A stretch of 64,000 bases of DNA from Minisyncoccia bacterium (GCA_965656375.1 CBFHKH010000001.1:514845-578844); one strand, 5' to 3'; shown: positions 1-13,302, numbered from the stretch's first letter. Numbers and translations: made by a program. Notes: generated by a model not told the origin, from the letters alone.

Positions 1-1330
1 GTAAACCGTCTGTTGTAGTACCTGAAGGAACGGACATTGCAGGAGTTCCGGCTATGTTTGCAGGTACAGTGAATAAATCAGACATATACATCGCAATAGG
101 ATCATTTGATTTTTCTCCGAATTTAAACGGTGGGAATGGAACCGTCGGAGTGATGATCGCATCTACATCTTTGAATACTTCTCGAAGTTCCGCTTTGATT
201 GATTCGCGAACTTGTACTGCTTTATTGTAGTACGCATCATAGTAACCATGCGAAAGAATATAGGTGCCGAGGAGGATACGACGTTTTACTTCCTTGCCGA
301 ATCCGTTACCACGGCTTTTCGCATAGACGTCATAGAGTTTTTCAGACTCAGCCGATACTCCATATCGTATACCATCATACCGAGCGAGGTTACTTGAAAC
401 TTCAGCTGGCATAACGATATAGTAGACAGCAAGTGAATATTTGATACGTGGAAGAGACACATCGACGAGTTCATAACCCGCATCTTTTAATTTCTGGCAA
501 CTCTCTTCGAAGTTCTTCATCACTTCTTCGTTTATACCATCACCAGAGAGAAATGATCGCGGGATGCCAAGGCGCTTCCGTTCCACTCCAGTTGTTCTTT
601 TCTCTTTTGGAATTGAGGTACTGTCATTTGCATCATAGTCATTTGTTGCATTGTAGAGAATTTCCACGTCGCGCACAGTTTTACCCATTGGACCTACTTG
701 GTCGAGCGAGCTCGCCATCGCAACGATACCAGAGCGTGAGATATTGCCATATGTCGGCTTCATACCGACGAGCCCAGTGAATGATGCAGGTTGTCGGATT
801 GATCCGCCCGTATCACTACCGAGCGACACAAGAGCTCCATCCATAGCAACTGCTGCAGCAGAGCCGCCAGATGTGCCGCCTGGAACATAGTCGCGATTGA
901 TAGGATTCCGTGTAATACCGTAGGCACTTGTTTCTGTCGAAGAACCCATAGCAAACTCATCCATGTTTGCACGTCCCATAATGATCGCACCCTGTGCTTT
1001 CAATTGTGTAACAACTGATGCATCGTATGTGGCTTTATAATTCTCCAAGATTTTTGATCCAGCTGATGCGATGTGACCCACGACGAGCATATTGTCCTTG
1101 AGCGCAACAGGAATACCAGTCATGAGTGTCGCAGTACCTCGTGCAAACATTGCTTCTGCAAGCTTGATCTGAACGTCGAGGTCATCATACACTTCAAGAT
1201 ATGCATTTATATCTGTATTCTTTTCTTTGATACCTTCGAGATACGCATTCACAAGATCAGTCACAGTAAAGTCACCATTTTTAAATGATTCATGCGCTTT
1301 TTCAATTGTAAGAGTTCGTAGATCGATCAT
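1..1330 (-). CDS. gatA: Asp/Glu-tRNA amidotransferase subunit A (3' end runs off the left edge)
   Basis: Manual translation from ATG at 1330 gives MIDLRTLTIEKAHESF...GIPVALKDN...GRANMDEFAMGSSTE...GGSSGGSAAAV...GSDTGGSIRQPA (amidase signature). Follows gatC. Missing from the ORF track because it has no stop in the window. Confidence 0.96.
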   Translation of the reverse strand, partial: MIDLRTLTIEKAHESFKNGDFTVTDLVNAYLEGIKEKNTDINAYLEVYDDLDVQIKLAEAMFARGTATLMTGIPVALKDNMLVVGHIASAGSKILENYKATYDASVVTQLKAQGAIIMGRANMDEFAMGSSTETSAYGITRNPINRDYVPGGTSGGSAAAVAMDGALVSLGSDTGGSIRQPASFTGLVGMKPTYGNISRSGIVAMASSLDQVGPMGKTVRDVEILYNATNDYDANDSTSIPKEKRTTGVERKRLGIPRSFLSGDGINEEVMKNFEESCQKLKDAGYELVDVSLPRIKYSLAVYYIVMPAEVSSNLARYDGIRYGVSAESEKLYDVYAKSRGNGFGKEVKRRILLGTYILSHGYYDAYYNKAVQVRESIKAELREVFKDVDAIITPTVPFPPFKFGEKSNDPIAMYMSDLFTVPANIAGTPAMSVPSGTTTDGL

Positions 1331-1334
1331 AGTA

Positions 1335-1610
1335 TTATAGAATTTGTTTTACTTTCAAAAAATTATCCTGAGAGTCAGGCATCTGTTTTACTATAGCATC
1401 TGTGTATGTACCGGTTGGGTTTGTGACAATATCATCACGCATGACATTCTCGAGGGTGTATTCTACCTCGCTCTCAGAGATCTTCACTTCCCCCACTTGA
1501 CCTACATATGCCAAAATCGGGTCAAATTCAGTGGCCATAGGGGCAAGCTCTTCCTCGCTCATATCTATCCGAGCCATAAGAGCCAACTTTTTAATATCGT
1601 TTAGTTGCAT
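1335..1610 (-). CDS. gatC: Asp/Glu-tRNA amidotransferase subunit C
   Basis: IKKLALMARI...ILAYVGQV...NVMRDD...FLKVKQIL; directly upstream of gatA. Confidence 0.93.
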   Translation of the reverse strand: MQLNDIKKLALMARIDMSEEELAPMATEFDPILAYVGQVGEVKISESEVEYTLENVMRDDIVTNPTGTYTDAIVKQMPDSQDNFLKVKQIL

Positions 1611-1638
1611 ATGACTACAATAGCATATTTTTACTGTT

Positions 1639-4219
<2,581 letters not shown>

Positions 4220-4220
4220 A

Positions 4221-4820
4221 TTATTTTTGCCAATTCAAAAGACTGATAACGAGAGATCTCGAGCGTACGAGCTTGCCATTTTGCCACTCAACGGTGACTT
4301 TGACATCGATCTCGTCCGGTCGTTTCGGATTTACACTCATGAGGACTTGCCGTTTAAAATTACTCGGAATGCCCACAGTACGGTATGTATAGAAATCATT
4401 CCCAGAACCTGTTTCATCGTAATTGAGAATTGGGCAGTTCGTATTACCAAATGAGGATACCACATTACAGATCTTTGGAACGGAGAGTACATCAGCAGGC
4501 TCAATATAGCAACCACCTTTTGAATTAAATGGTTCGAAGCAGCCGCCTTGTCTATACTTATTCTCAAATAAATCCCATCCACCACCTGTAACTGGGTCAT
4601 TGTTTTGGAATGCGATAGTATCACGGTCATTGCGGATGGCATCTATCGCTTCTTGAGCAAGGTATGTTGCGGTAACTTCATTGCGAGAATATCGGGCAGA
4701 GAATAAGCTACCTGCAATGAGGGCAAAGAATCCGGAGAGTGCTGCAGTTAGTATGAAAACAGCGATCATCGTCTCGATCAGGGTAAAGCCTGTATTCATT
4801 TTTGTTTTATTGATTTTCAT
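4221..4820 (-). CDS. Prepilin-type minor pilin (PilV-like)
   Basis: GFTLIETMIA prepilin motif. Likely start is ATG at 4820, just after the upstream stop; the longer track ORF overlaps the neighbour. Confidence 0.85.
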   Translation of the reverse strand: MKINKTKMNTGFTLIETMIAVFILTAALSGFFALIAGSLFSARYSRNEVTATYLAQEAIDAIRNDRDTIAFQNNDPVTGGGWDLFENKYRQGGCFEPFNSKGGCYIEPADVLSVPKICNVVSSFGNTNCPILNYDETGSGNDFYTYRTVGIPSNFKRQVLMSVNPKRPDEIDVKVTVEWQNGKLVRSRSLVISLLNWQK

Positions 4821-4824
4821 ATGA

Positions 4825-5433
4825 TTATTCGAGATTTCTTTGTGAAACATTTGTCTGGAGTGCGAATGACGTTGCCTCCCCCTTGATAGTAACAGTGCCT
4901 TTGATGATGATGTATACGCTCGGCTGTACTTTATCCAAAACATCAGAACCAGTAACAAAAAATTTGAGTGACTGTATGTCGATATCAGACGAAACAAGGT
5001 CAAGACAATCCGGATTACATCTTTGGAGTACATGGGTAGAGGCACTCTGGCCATTTGTAGTCGGACGAGTAGCAAGCATGTATGCGGTATCACGAGATCC
5101 TGCCGGATGAAGTGCAGGTGTAAAAATGATCGCACTACCACCTTGGGTGCCAAGCGAACAATCCATATTGGCAGGCGCTGGGAGTGATACGCCTGTAGTA
5201 GACGTAACACATACATAATCTCTTCCCATGCGAAGTGATCTCGTCATGCTTTCCATCGCGAAGTTTACATTGTCCATGGCAGTTCGAAATGCCTGGGACT
5301 TTTTGGCAGTATCGGATGTAGTAATAAGAGCTCCCATAGCCATAAGCATGATGATCATGAATATCGAAGTTGCTACCATGATCTCGATCAAGGTAAAGCC
5401 GGTATTTGTATGTGATCGTTTTGTATGTTTCAT
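4825..5433 (-). CDS. Prepilin-type minor pilin (PilW-like)
   Basis: GFTLIEIMVA prepilin motif. Confidence 0.85.
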   Translation of the reverse strand: MKHTKRSHTNTGFTLIEIMVATSIFMIIMLMAMGALITTSDTAKKSQAFRTAMDNVNFAMESMTRSLRMGRDYVCVTSTTGVSLPAPANMDCSLGTQGGSAIIFTPALHPAGSRDTAYMLATRPTTNGQSASTHVLQRCNPDCLDLVSSDIDIQSLKFFVTGSDVLDKVQPSVYIIIKGTVTIKGEATSFALQTNVSQRNLE

Positions 5434-5434
5434 A

Positions 5435-6127
5435 TTATTTTATACTTATCTGACCAATATTCGATATCGTGATCGTCTTTCGATCTTCGCTCTTTAGATT
5501 CTTTACAATAATATCTACGCTTTTGAGTGGGTCGAGGCATGTCGCACCGCCTATGCCACTTGATGCGCAGATATATGCATCAGGATTCGGACGAAGAAAA
5601 ACAATGTCTACAGAAGTCGCAGTGCAGTTGCCTGGCTCACTATTAGGACAAATGAATTCTATCTCGTCTTCACTGATAATTCGAAGAAGATCTATGCATT
5701 CGTTGCCTGCGCGAAGCGTAGTAGTATCGCAGAGAGACTGCTGGCTCGCCTGATCATAATCATAGAGTTTATTCGGATTACCAAGTGAGTCCGGGATGTC
5801 GTTGAACAAGATAAAGGATTTATTTGAACCAGCGAGCTGATTTGGAGTGGTCTTGTTTGTCGAAAAGTGGATGCCATAGCCGTTTGCAAATGTCGAAAGA
5901 GAACTCCCTACCCCGATCGCCTGGCCTTGAGCTCTTCTGACAGAAAGTGCAATGTCATCGGCGAGATTTTGAAGAGAAACATTTGACCGGAATTTCCCGT
6001 AATCGAATATTGTAAGTCCCGCTACCAAGACAAATATACCGAGCACAACGAGAAGCTCAACGAGGGTCATTCCTCTTTGTAGAGATTGATTACGGGTATA
6101 TTTTTGAGGGCGCAGTTTCTTGTTCAT
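5435..6127 (-). CDS. Prepilin-type minor pilin (FimT/FimU-like)
   Basis: GMTLVELLVVL motif, then LADDIALSVRRAQGQA and C-terminal ITISNIGQI. Confidence 0.85.
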   Translation of the reverse strand: MNKKLRPQKYTRNQSLQRGMTLVELLVVLGIFVLVAGLTIFDYGKFRSNVSLQNLADDIALSVRRAQGQAIGVGSSLSTFANGYGIHFSTNKTTPNQLAGSNKSFILFNDIPDSLGNPNKLYDYDQASQQSLCDTTTLRAGNECIDLLRIISEDEIEFICPNSEPGNCTATSVDIVFLRPNPDAYICASSGIGGATCLDPLKSVDIIVKNLKSEDRKTITISNIGQISIK

Positions 6128-6130
6128 ATA

Positions 6131-6943
6131 TTAAAAGTGAAATGCTTTGACGAGAGAGAATATATCAAGATCAAATAAAAGGACAATCAGTGTGCTCAAT
6201 ATCAAAAACGGAGCAAACGGTATCTCTGTCTTCATGGTCATCTTGTGACGAGAGAAGAACATAATACCAAGACTCACAATAGCCCCGATCCAAAATGAAA
6301 GCGTTAAGACAGCAAATGTTGCAAGTGGTCCCAACATCCACCCGATACCCAAGATGAGCTTCGCATCTCCGAGACCCATCCATCGTCCGCGCGATACAAG
6401 CCACAGAAGTGCAAATGGTAATGCAAAGAGCGGACCAGATACAAGAGAAAGGAGAGATGGCATCACAAAGAGTGGGCCTATACCAGTGTGATTCACAAAA
6501 ATTGAAAAAAGAGAAACGATCGCATACATATATACAAGTCGATCTGGGATGATCTTGTGTCTCATATCATATACAGTTATAACCATGAGGAGGGAGAAGA
6601 TGAAAGAGAACAGACATACAAGGAATACATATGCGCCTTGTGAAAACGCGAGTACATCCATAAAACGAAATGCAATGAGCGCAAAGAGTATTCCAGTTCC
6701 AAACTCTACAAGCGGATACTGATGCGAGATGGTCTTTGCACAACGGCGACACTTCCCTCCCTGAATAAGAAAGCTCACGACGGGAATGAGTTCATACCAG
6801 CGAAGCGTATGATTGCATGTCATGCAGATAGATCGGCCTGTTGTAATCGATTTGCCAGAATTAAATCTATAAATAACTACATTTAAGAAACTACCTATTA
6901 TCGTACCGAGGAGGATGATAAAGATAAATGCAAGTATATACAT
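6131..6943 (-). CDS. pilD: Prepilin peptidase
   Basis: GSFLNVVIYR, RSICMTC...GKCRRC, YD and GLGDAKL aspartates, IPFAPFL. Confidence 0.95.
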   Translation of the reverse strand: MYILAFIFIILLGTIIGSFLNVVIYRFNSGKSITTGRSICMTCNHTLRWYELIPVVSFLIQGGKCRRCAKTISHQYPLVEFGTGILFALIAFRFMDVLAFSQGAYVFLVCLFSFIFSLLMVITVYDMRHKIIPDRLVYMYAIVSLFSIFVNHTGIGPLFVMPSLLSLVSGPLFALPFALLWLVSRGRWMGLGDAKLILGIGWMLGPLATFAVLTLSFWIGAIVSLGIMFFSRHKMTMKTEIPFAPFLILSTLIVLLFDLDIFSLVKAFHF

Positions 6944-6991
6944 GCACTGATTATATCATGTATATGACAAAGAGAATACATCCTAAAAACA

Positions 6992-7018
6992 AAAAACACT
7001 CCAAAAGGAGTGGTTTTT
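6992..7018. terminator. Intrinsic terminator after the major pilin
   Basis: cactcc-aaaa-ggagtg hairpin flanked by A and T runs. Confidence 0.6.
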
Positions 7019-7035
7019 GTTAAATAGAGAATCTA

Positions 7036-7488
7036 TTAGTTACAAGCTGTTGCACCTGCAACCTTCGCACCAGCGCCAGATACACCCTGGTATGGAAGAG
7101 CATATGACTTTGAGACACCAGTACTGTCAACACAGTATGATGTGTTTGCTGAGACTCCGTTTGCTGAAACTGCCCATGCTGTCGCACTGTTTGCACAGTC
7201 TTTTGATGTAGTGATAGCAGTAAGGAGTGTAGCGAGTGAGTTTGTACCCTGGAACAATGAGCCAGATGTTGTACATGATGTACCAGCTGTACCGTAGCTG
7301 TTTGCTCCTGTTGTACTGTAATACAATTCAGCTTGTGCTCTCATACTTGAAAGCTGTGACTGAATCGCTGCGTCCTGACCCTTTGAACGTGCACTAGAGA
7401 GTGCTGCAAGCACGACTGATGCCAAGATACCGATGATTGCAATAACAACCAAAAGTTCGATAAGCGTAAAACCTTTTTGTTTATTCAT
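7036..7488 (-). CDS. Type IV major pilin candidate
   Basis: KGFTLIELLVVIAIIGILASVVLA, C-terminal cysteines, own promoter-like region and terminator. Confidence 0.9.
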   Translation of the reverse strand: MNKQKGFTLIELLVVIAIIGILASVVLAALSSARSKGQDAAIQSQLSSMRAQAELYYSTTGANSYGTAGTSCTTSGSLFQGTNSLATLLTAITTSKDCANSATAWAVSANGVSANTSYCVDSTGVSKSYALPYQGVSGAGAKVAGATACN

Positions 7489-7611
7489 ACTAAAATTTAA
7501 TTCTATTAATTGTGTCTTTGTATAAAGACGCGACCTTATTTTTAATATCCCTATTATATCATAGAACCTTTTAAAAAGTGCAATAGAGAGCCTCTCTGTG
7601 GATATCTTCTT

Positions 7612-8820
7612 CTATCCGATACCTCCGGCAATATTGTAAATCGGCATCAGTACTGATGTAAGAAGTAGACCTACACCTACTCCAAGAGCGACGATCATAA
7701 GTGGCTCGATCAAGCCCACCAAGGTATCTACCGCTTCATTCACCTCACGAGCATAGAAGTGGCCAAGTGTTTTTAAGATATTGCCAAGGGAACCCGTCTC
7801 TTCACCGACACGGATCATTCCGGTCATGATAGAGGGAATTTCCGGATGATGCGACAGCGCATCAGAGAGCGAACTACCACTCTTCACTGCTTCGGTAGAC
7901 TGCTTGAGAATGTCTTCGAAGATTCTGTTACCTACCACTCCTCCAGTGAGCTCGATAGCACGAATGATCGGAATACCTGATGAGAGCATCGTATCCATAT
8001 TGTCTGAAATACGAGAGAGATAGAGCTTTGTATAGATATTCTTGAATATCGGAGTAGAAATCTTCAATCGATCAAGATAGTGACGACCTGACTTTGATTT
8101 TGCAAGTCGAACCATATAGAGAATAAAAATGATCAAGCCAATAAGTAGGAATATTCCGTAATGAACCAGGAGGTTACTGAGTCCGAGGACGATCTGTGTA
8201 CTCCATGGTATTTCCTGTCCTGATTCCTTGATGATGACTGCGAGTCGCGGCACGATGAATACGAACATGAGTGTCATCACGAGAATGAATACTCCGATAA
8301 CGAATGCCGGATAAATGAGCGCATTCTTGGTCTTTGAAGTAAGCTGGTACTGACGATCAAGATACTCAGCCAAATATGCGAATACTTGCGTAAGCTTTCC
8401 CGATTCTTCACCAGACTTGACCATGTTCACATAGAAATCCGAAAATACCTGCGGATGTTTTGCTAATGCTCCTGAAATAGAGACTCCTGAAGAAATATCT
8501 TCGGATACGGTGTTTAAGATCTTTACCAAATTTGGATTCTCGGTATTCGTTGCAAGGAGGTTGAATGCTTTGAGCGCTGAAACTTGTGCTTCGAATAGTG
8601 TCGAGATCTGTCGTGACATGATAACGACATCTTTCATCGGCACACCTTTATCAAAAAATGTTATTGACTGCCATCCCTTTTTTGCTCCTTCTTCAGCAAC
8701 TGACAATACAATGAGTCCGCGACGCTGAATGGCAGCTATCGCCAAATCCTTGGAACTCGCATCGACGGTTCCCTTCTTTTTTTCACCTGTACTTGTGATA
8801 GCGTCGTATGTAAATAGCAT
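7612..8820 (-). CDS. pilC: Type IV pilus platform protein PilC (T2SS F family)
   Basis: Two GspF repeats (GEESGKL, GEETGSL), ALIYPAFV, LIEPLMIV, MPIY. Confidence 0.93.
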   Translation of the reverse strand: MLFTYDAITSTGEKKKGTVDASSKDLAIAAIQRRGLIVLSVAEEGAKKGWQSITFFDKGVPMKDVVIMSRQISTLFEAQVSALKAFNLLATNTENPNLVKILNTVSEDISSGVSISGALAKHPQVFSDFYVNMVKSGEESGKLTQVFAYLAEYLDRQYQLTSKTKNALIYPAFVIGVFILVMTLMFVFIVPRLAVIIKESGQEIPWSTQIVLGLSNLLVHYGIFLLIGLIIFILYMVRLAKSKSGRHYLDRLKISTPIFKNIYTKLYLSRISDNMDTMLSSGIPIIRAIELTGGVVGNRIFEDILKQSTEAVKSGSSLSDALSHHPEIPSIMTGMIRVGEETGSLGNILKTLGHFYAREVNEAVDTLVGLIEPLMIVALGVGVGLLLTSVLMPIYNIAGGIG

Positions 8821-8825
8821 ATAGA

Positions 8826-9884
8826 TTAGAGCATGCGCTCGAGCGCCTTAGGATTAATAGAGTATTGATACGCACTTTCCATGCTAATCTCCCCTTTTTG
8901 AACGAGTTCGATGAGAGATCTATTCATATCTACCATGCCTTCTCCTGAAGAAGTCTCGATGACGTTATTTATTTCGTGTGTGCGCTTTTCACGGATAAGA
9001 TTTGATACGGCATTGTTGTTGATCAGAAGCTCGTATGCTGGAATACGGCCACCTGCTACGCGCGGGATAAGTCTTTGTGAAAATACGGCAATCAAACTCG
9101 AAGCAAGCTGAAGCCTGATCTGATCCTGCTGACTCGGTGGGAATGAATCGATGATACGATCGATAGTTTGAGAAGCATTGTTTGTGTGGAGCGTCGAGAG
9201 GACGAGGTGTCCCGTCTCTGCAGCAGTCACTGCAGCTGCGATCGTCTCTGGGTTTCGCATTTCACCGATAAAGATAACGTTCACATCTTCACGGAATACT
9301 GACTTGAGGGCTCCAGAGAAATCCTTCGTATCGATACCAACTTCACGCTGATCAATAATAGACTGATCAGGTTCATATACGAATTCGATAGGATCCTCGA
9401 TAGTAACAATGTGTGCTGCGCGCTCTTTGTTGATCTTGTTGAGCATAGTCGAGAGTGTCGTAGATTTTCCTTGCCCTACAGGACCAACAACAAGGAAGAA
9501 TCCTTGCTTCTTGTCTGCGAAAGACTGAAGAATCGGAGGAAGATTTAATTCTTCAAATGATTTGGCCTTTGGTATGAGTCGAAACGCGATTGAAATATTC
9601 CCACGCTGGAAAAATGCGTTACCTCGCAAGTGAGTCATACTATCAAGCGTATATGAAAAGTCTGCCTCTTTCTCTTCCATGAATGCTTTTGTCTTCTCTG
9701 TACCGAGGATAACAGTAAGCATACCCTCCATATCTTCATTCGTAAGTGGATTCTTGTTGGCCAGGAAGATAAGCTGTCCATCAACACGGATTGCAGGCTT
9801 GCGACCTGCTCCGAGGTGGAGATCAGATCCGTTTTCATGCATGAGACTAGTGAGCAATTCGTTGAGAAGTTTTGAGTAATCCAT
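8826..9884 (-). CDS. pilT: Pilus retraction ATPase
   Basis: SDLHL, Walker A GPVGQGKSTT, TIEDPIE, GEMR, AAETGHLVLSTLHTN. Confidence 0.94.
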   Translation of the reverse strand: MDYSKLLNELLTSLMHENGSDLHLGAGRKPAIRVDGQLIFLANKNPLTNEDMEGMLTVILGTEKTKAFMEEKEADFSYTLDSMTHLRGNAFFQRGNISIAFRLIPKAKSFEELNLPPILQSFADKKQGFFLVVGPVGQGKSTTLSTMLNKINKERAAHIVTIEDPIEFVYEPDQSIIDQREVGIDTKDFSGALKSVFREDVNVIFIGEMRNPETIAAAVTAAETGHLVLSTLHTNNASQTIDRIIDSFPPSQQDQIRLQLASSLIAVFSQRLIPRVAGGRIPAYELLINNNAVSNLIREKRTHEINNVIETSSGEGMVDMNRSLIELVQKGEISMESAYQYSINPKALERML

Positions 9885-9896
9885 AGTATGTAAATA

Positions 9897-10286
9897 TTAT
9901 TTATGAAGATCCTTTATAATTTCATTCACCTTATCTATAACTTCTGAAGGTGTGCTTGATGCTTTGACGATATATCCGGCTGCTCCGAGCGATTCCCCGC
10001 GTGCAATATCTGATGGCTGACCGCGATTCGAGAGTATTACCCGGATGGAGTTTTGTGAGAGCTTTTCTTCATTCATCTTCTCCATAAGTTCGAACCCATC
10101 CATAACCGGCATGACGATATCAAGGAGTATCACATCAGGAGTAAGTCCTCCGTGGAATTTTTCAAGTGCTTGCACAGGACCAAGCGCAGTAGTGACATCA
10201 AAATTCGACTGATTAAACTTGAGTGCGTACATGTCGAGCAGAAAGCTATCATCATCGATAATCAAGATTTTCTTTTTTCCTTCCAT
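9897..10286 (-). CDS. Single-domain response regulator
   Basis: IIDDD, LLDIVMPVMDG, ILSN, YIVK receiver motifs. Confidence 0.92.
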   Translation of the reverse strand: MEGKKKILIIDDDSFLLDMYALKFNQSNFDVTTALGPVQALEKFHGGLTPDVILLDIVMPVMDGFELMEKMNEEKLSQNSIRVILSNRGQPSDIARGESLGAAGYIVKASSTPSEVIDKVNEIIKDLHK

Positions 10287-10328
10287 ATAAAGATATTATA
10301 GTATAGTCATGCGCGTTTGCCTATACAT

Positions 10329-12065
10329 CTAGAAGTTATAGACTTCTTGGAATGGAATATCACCCTTCAAAGCTTTTAGAATCGCGTCTTCACGGATAGA
10401 GAGCATGCCGCGTTCGCGTGCAAGCTTGTATATCTCCTGTTCTTGTGGCCGTTTCAAGATAACTTCTTGCATCGCCTTGTCTATAGAAAACATTTCGAAA
10501 ACAGGAATTCTCCCACGCATACCAGACGGGCATTCAGGCGATGGAATCGCTTCATAGACGCTCCCATCAAGCTTTAATTTCTCTTTGAATTGTGGAGGCA
10601 GGTCTGCAAACTGCTTGTCTATGATGATACGAGTTGCATCATCGATCGGTATCTCATGTTTGGAACCTGGATAGATACGGCGAGCAAGTCGCTGCGCAAT
10701 ACAGAGTGTAAGCGTTGGGGCAATCAGATATGGATCAATGCCCATATCGATCAAGCGTGGAATCGCACCAACCGAAGAGTTTGTGTGGAGCGTCGAGAGG
10801 ACGAGGTGTCCGGTAAGTGCAGCTTGAATAGCAAGCTCGGCAGTTTCTTTATCACGGATTTCTCCCACGTAAATAATGTCGGGGTCCTGACGCAGTATTG
10901 AACGAAGTCCTGATGCAAATGTATAGCCGATCTCCGGTGTGACTTGAGACTGATTGATACCATCGATATGGTATTCGACTGGATCTTCGAGTGAGACAAT
11001 ATTCTTCTCTTCGTGATCAAGCTCACCGAGCATCGAGTAGAGTGTCGTTGTCTTACCGGAACCTGTCGGACCAGTGATCAATATCAACCCATATGGTTTC
11101 TTTAGTGCATCACGAACAAGAGCGAGATTATCCTCTGAGAGGTCAAGAGAATCTACGGGGAAAATACCTCTTTGTGAATCAAGAATACGCATCACGATCT
11201 TCTCGCCATAGTATGACGGCATCGTTGAGACACGAAAGTCAATCTTGCGTCCATCTATCTTTGCGGAGAAACCACCATCTTGCGGTTTGCGCTTTTCATC
11301 GAGGCGCAATTTAGCGAGAATTTTGATACGCGCAACGACACCATTGTATACATTGATAGGAAGGACGAGCGATGTATGGAGAACACCATCGACACGAAAT
11401 CTGACTTTTACTTTATCACCTACATTTTCAATATGAATATCTGACGCCTGACCTTCTGTTGCATGGCGTAGGATAACTGCAACGATCTTGATGATCGGTG
11501 CATCTTCGACGATTCTCTCTTCTTCACCAGGCTTGAGTGTGTCTGATGTCTTTATATTTGTCTCGACAGTCACTCCCTCACTATCTCCATCTGCAATTTC
11601 ATTATCAAGTTCAGAAAGTGCTTGATCAACTTCGTTGCCCAGGCCTTCATACATTTCGAGAAGCTTATTGTAGGCTGATGCAGTGATAAGGAATAATTTG
11701 AACGGCTTATTGATACGAGCAGTGATAAATGTGAGGGCATCCATTGCCTGAACATTTTCCGGATCAATGATACCGATTTCAATAGCGCTATCGCTTACTC
11801 CGATCGGCACAAAGTGGTAAATACGTGCAGCGTCGACAGGGATCAGTTTGAGCGTCGATGGTGAAACAGTCTTCGGATCAATTTCTTTTGAAGGAATATT
11901 AAAAAGTGCTGCCTTTGCTTCGAGGATCTTTTGTTCATTTATATTGAAATCAAGAAGCGCTTGATCAACGCTTCCTGCATATTTATCAAGAGCGATCTTC
12001 TCTATTTCGGCTATTTGTCCTTCTTTGAGAAGCCCGCGTTTTAGTAGCTCATCGAGAAGTACCAT
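10329..12065 (-). CDS. pilB: Pilus assembly ATPase PilB (GspE family)
   Basis: ASDIHIE, RFRVDGVL, GPTGSGKTTT, LEDPVEY, LRQDPD, GEIRD, AALTGHLVLSTLHTN. Confidence 0.95.
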   Translation of the reverse strand: MVLLDELLKRGLLKEGQIAEIEKIALDKYAGSVDQALLDFNINEQKILEAKAALFNIPSKEIDPKTVSPSTLKLIPVDAARIYHFVPIGVSDSAIEIGIIDPENVQAMDALTFITARINKPFKLFLITASAYNKLLEMYEGLGNEVDQALSELDNEIADGDSEGVTVETNIKTSDTLKPGEEERIVEDAPIIKIVAVILRHATEGQASDIHIENVGDKVKVRFRVDGVLHTSLVLPINVYNGVVARIKILAKLRLDEKRKPQDGGFSAKIDGRKIDFRVSTMPSYYGEKIVMRILDSQRGIFPVDSLDLSEDNLALVRDALKKPYGLILITGPTGSGKTTTLYSMLGELDHEEKNIVSLEDPVEYHIDGINQSQVTPEIGYTFASGLRSILRQDPDIIYVGEIRDKETAELAIQAALTGHLVLSTLHTNSSVGAIPRLIDMGIDPYLIAPTLTLCIAQRLARRIYPGSKHEIPIDDATRIIIDKQFADLPPQFKEKLKLDGSVYEAIPSPECPSGMRGRIPVFEMFSIDKAMQEVILKRPQEQEIYKLARERGMLSIREDAILKALKGDIPFQEVYNF

Positions 12066-12067
12066 GG

Positions 12068-12709
12068 CTATTGTGTCTCGAACGTTACTATCTCACCATA
12101 GACTGGTGTGCCGTTTATTTTGGCAACAGCACGATAGAAATACGTTGTTTTAGGTGTTAATCCACTGATCGTGGTGACAAATGTACCAATGAGAGAAGGT
12201 GTAGCCTGAGGCGTAACCTTGCCGAGTGTTGGAGTAGGACCATATTCAAAATATGTATTTGTAACTTGAGTCGATGAATCGATCGTACCACTTAATACTG
12301 CAGTCTTTGTAGCAATTTTTACAGGAGCATCTGTGGTAACTGGCGAAGCAAGTGCACCATCCCCTACGGTATATGCATCGATCGGAGCAAATGGGTTCGG
12401 TCGTCCAGTTTCTACTTGTTCGAGTGCCACGGTATTGTCATTGAGTCTTTGGAAGGCGATGTTGTCGAAAAGCGATGTATCAATTTTCAGTTTTGTAAGT
12501 GAAGTGAGTGAGAGAAGAAATGCAGTGTCAACGGATATCTGGTCATTTGAAGTAGTCGCTGCCTGGAGTGGAGATGCTCCGCTTTGCGATGCTACTGATG
12601 AGGTAGGAGCTGCCGCTTGAACATTGAGATTTGCATCAAAATATACATAGACTCCCAAAAAGAGGAGAATGACCGCAAATGCTATTAGAAATGTATTGTG
12701 TTTGTTCAT
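12068..12709 (-). CDS. Pilus-cluster exported protein with a C-terminal FN3-like domain
   Basis: N-terminal TM, GRPNPFAP motif (PilP-like position), ISGLTPKTTYFYRAVA FN3-like motif. Confidence 0.6.
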   Translation of the reverse strand: MNKHNTFLIAFAVILLFLGVYVYFDANLNVQAAAPTSSVASQSGASPLQAATTSNDQISVDTAFLLSLTSLTKLKIDTSLFDNIAFQRLNDNTVALEQVETGRPNPFAPIDAYTVGDGALASPVTTDAPVKIATKTAVLSGTIDSSTQVTNTYFEYGPTPTLGKVTPQATPSLIGTFVTTISGLTPKTTYFYRAVAKINGTPVYGEIVTFETQ

Positions 12710-12710
12710 A

Positions 12711-13301
12711 TTATTTTAGCCAATATGTTTCAACTTTTAATGTGTAGGTATAAATATCCGGATTAACTCCGACGCCTGCAGGCTGCGGTGGGACGGTAAA
12801 GGCAATCGATTTTACATCCACAAGGCGTAGATTATGCTCGATATCTGTGAGGAATGCTGCAAATGTCTCGTACGTACCTTCTGTAGTGAACTCAATCGGG
12901 AATATTCCATACGGCTTCGATGCTGCTGGGTCATTCGAAACAATGACAGTTCCTGCTGTAGCTGCTTTCGCGAGATCCGCCTTTGCTGGATCGAACTTGA
13001 TATTCTTTATTGGCATACTGTGGAGGCTCGCGATCTGCTCTATCTCCAATATAAAGCGAATGTTGTTGACAGTATTCGGAAGGAAGTGAAGCAGTCGCTC
13101 TTTATCACTTTCAGTTATGTTCTTGTAGGTATCAACGAGGGAGTCACGAGTCTTCTCGAGTTCTTTTGAATGATCAAGCGCAGTGTTGTACGTAGCGACA
13201 TCACCTCGCAACTTTGATACATCATCATAGAGCGGATTAACCACTGAGAAAAAGAGGAGTCCGGAAATTATTATGAATGATAGTGGAAAGATAAATCTCA
13301 T
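12711..13301 (-). CDS. pilO: PilO-like protein
   Basis: TM plus coiled coil, FLP, GTYETFAAFLTDIEHNLRLVDV; gene order pilM-N-O. Confidence 0.8.
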   Translation of the reverse strand: MRFIFPLSFIIISGLLFFSVVNPLYDDVSKLRGDVATYNTALDHSKELEKTRDSLVDTYKNITESDKERLLHFLPNTVNNIRFILEIEQIASLHSMPIKNIKFDPAKADLAKAATAGTVIVSNDPAASKPYGIFPIEFTTEGTYETFAAFLTDIEHNLRLVDVKSIAFTVPPQPAGVGVNPDIYTYTLKVETYWLK

Positions 13302-13302
13302 A

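Noticed and set aside
199-1288. Short track ORFs at the left edge
   Set aside because: They overlap gatA, which is open on the minus strand from 1330 to the edge.
4821-5216. N-terminal extension of the 331-aa ORF
   Set aside because: It overlaps the upstream pilin in another frame; the prepilin motif places the start near 4820.
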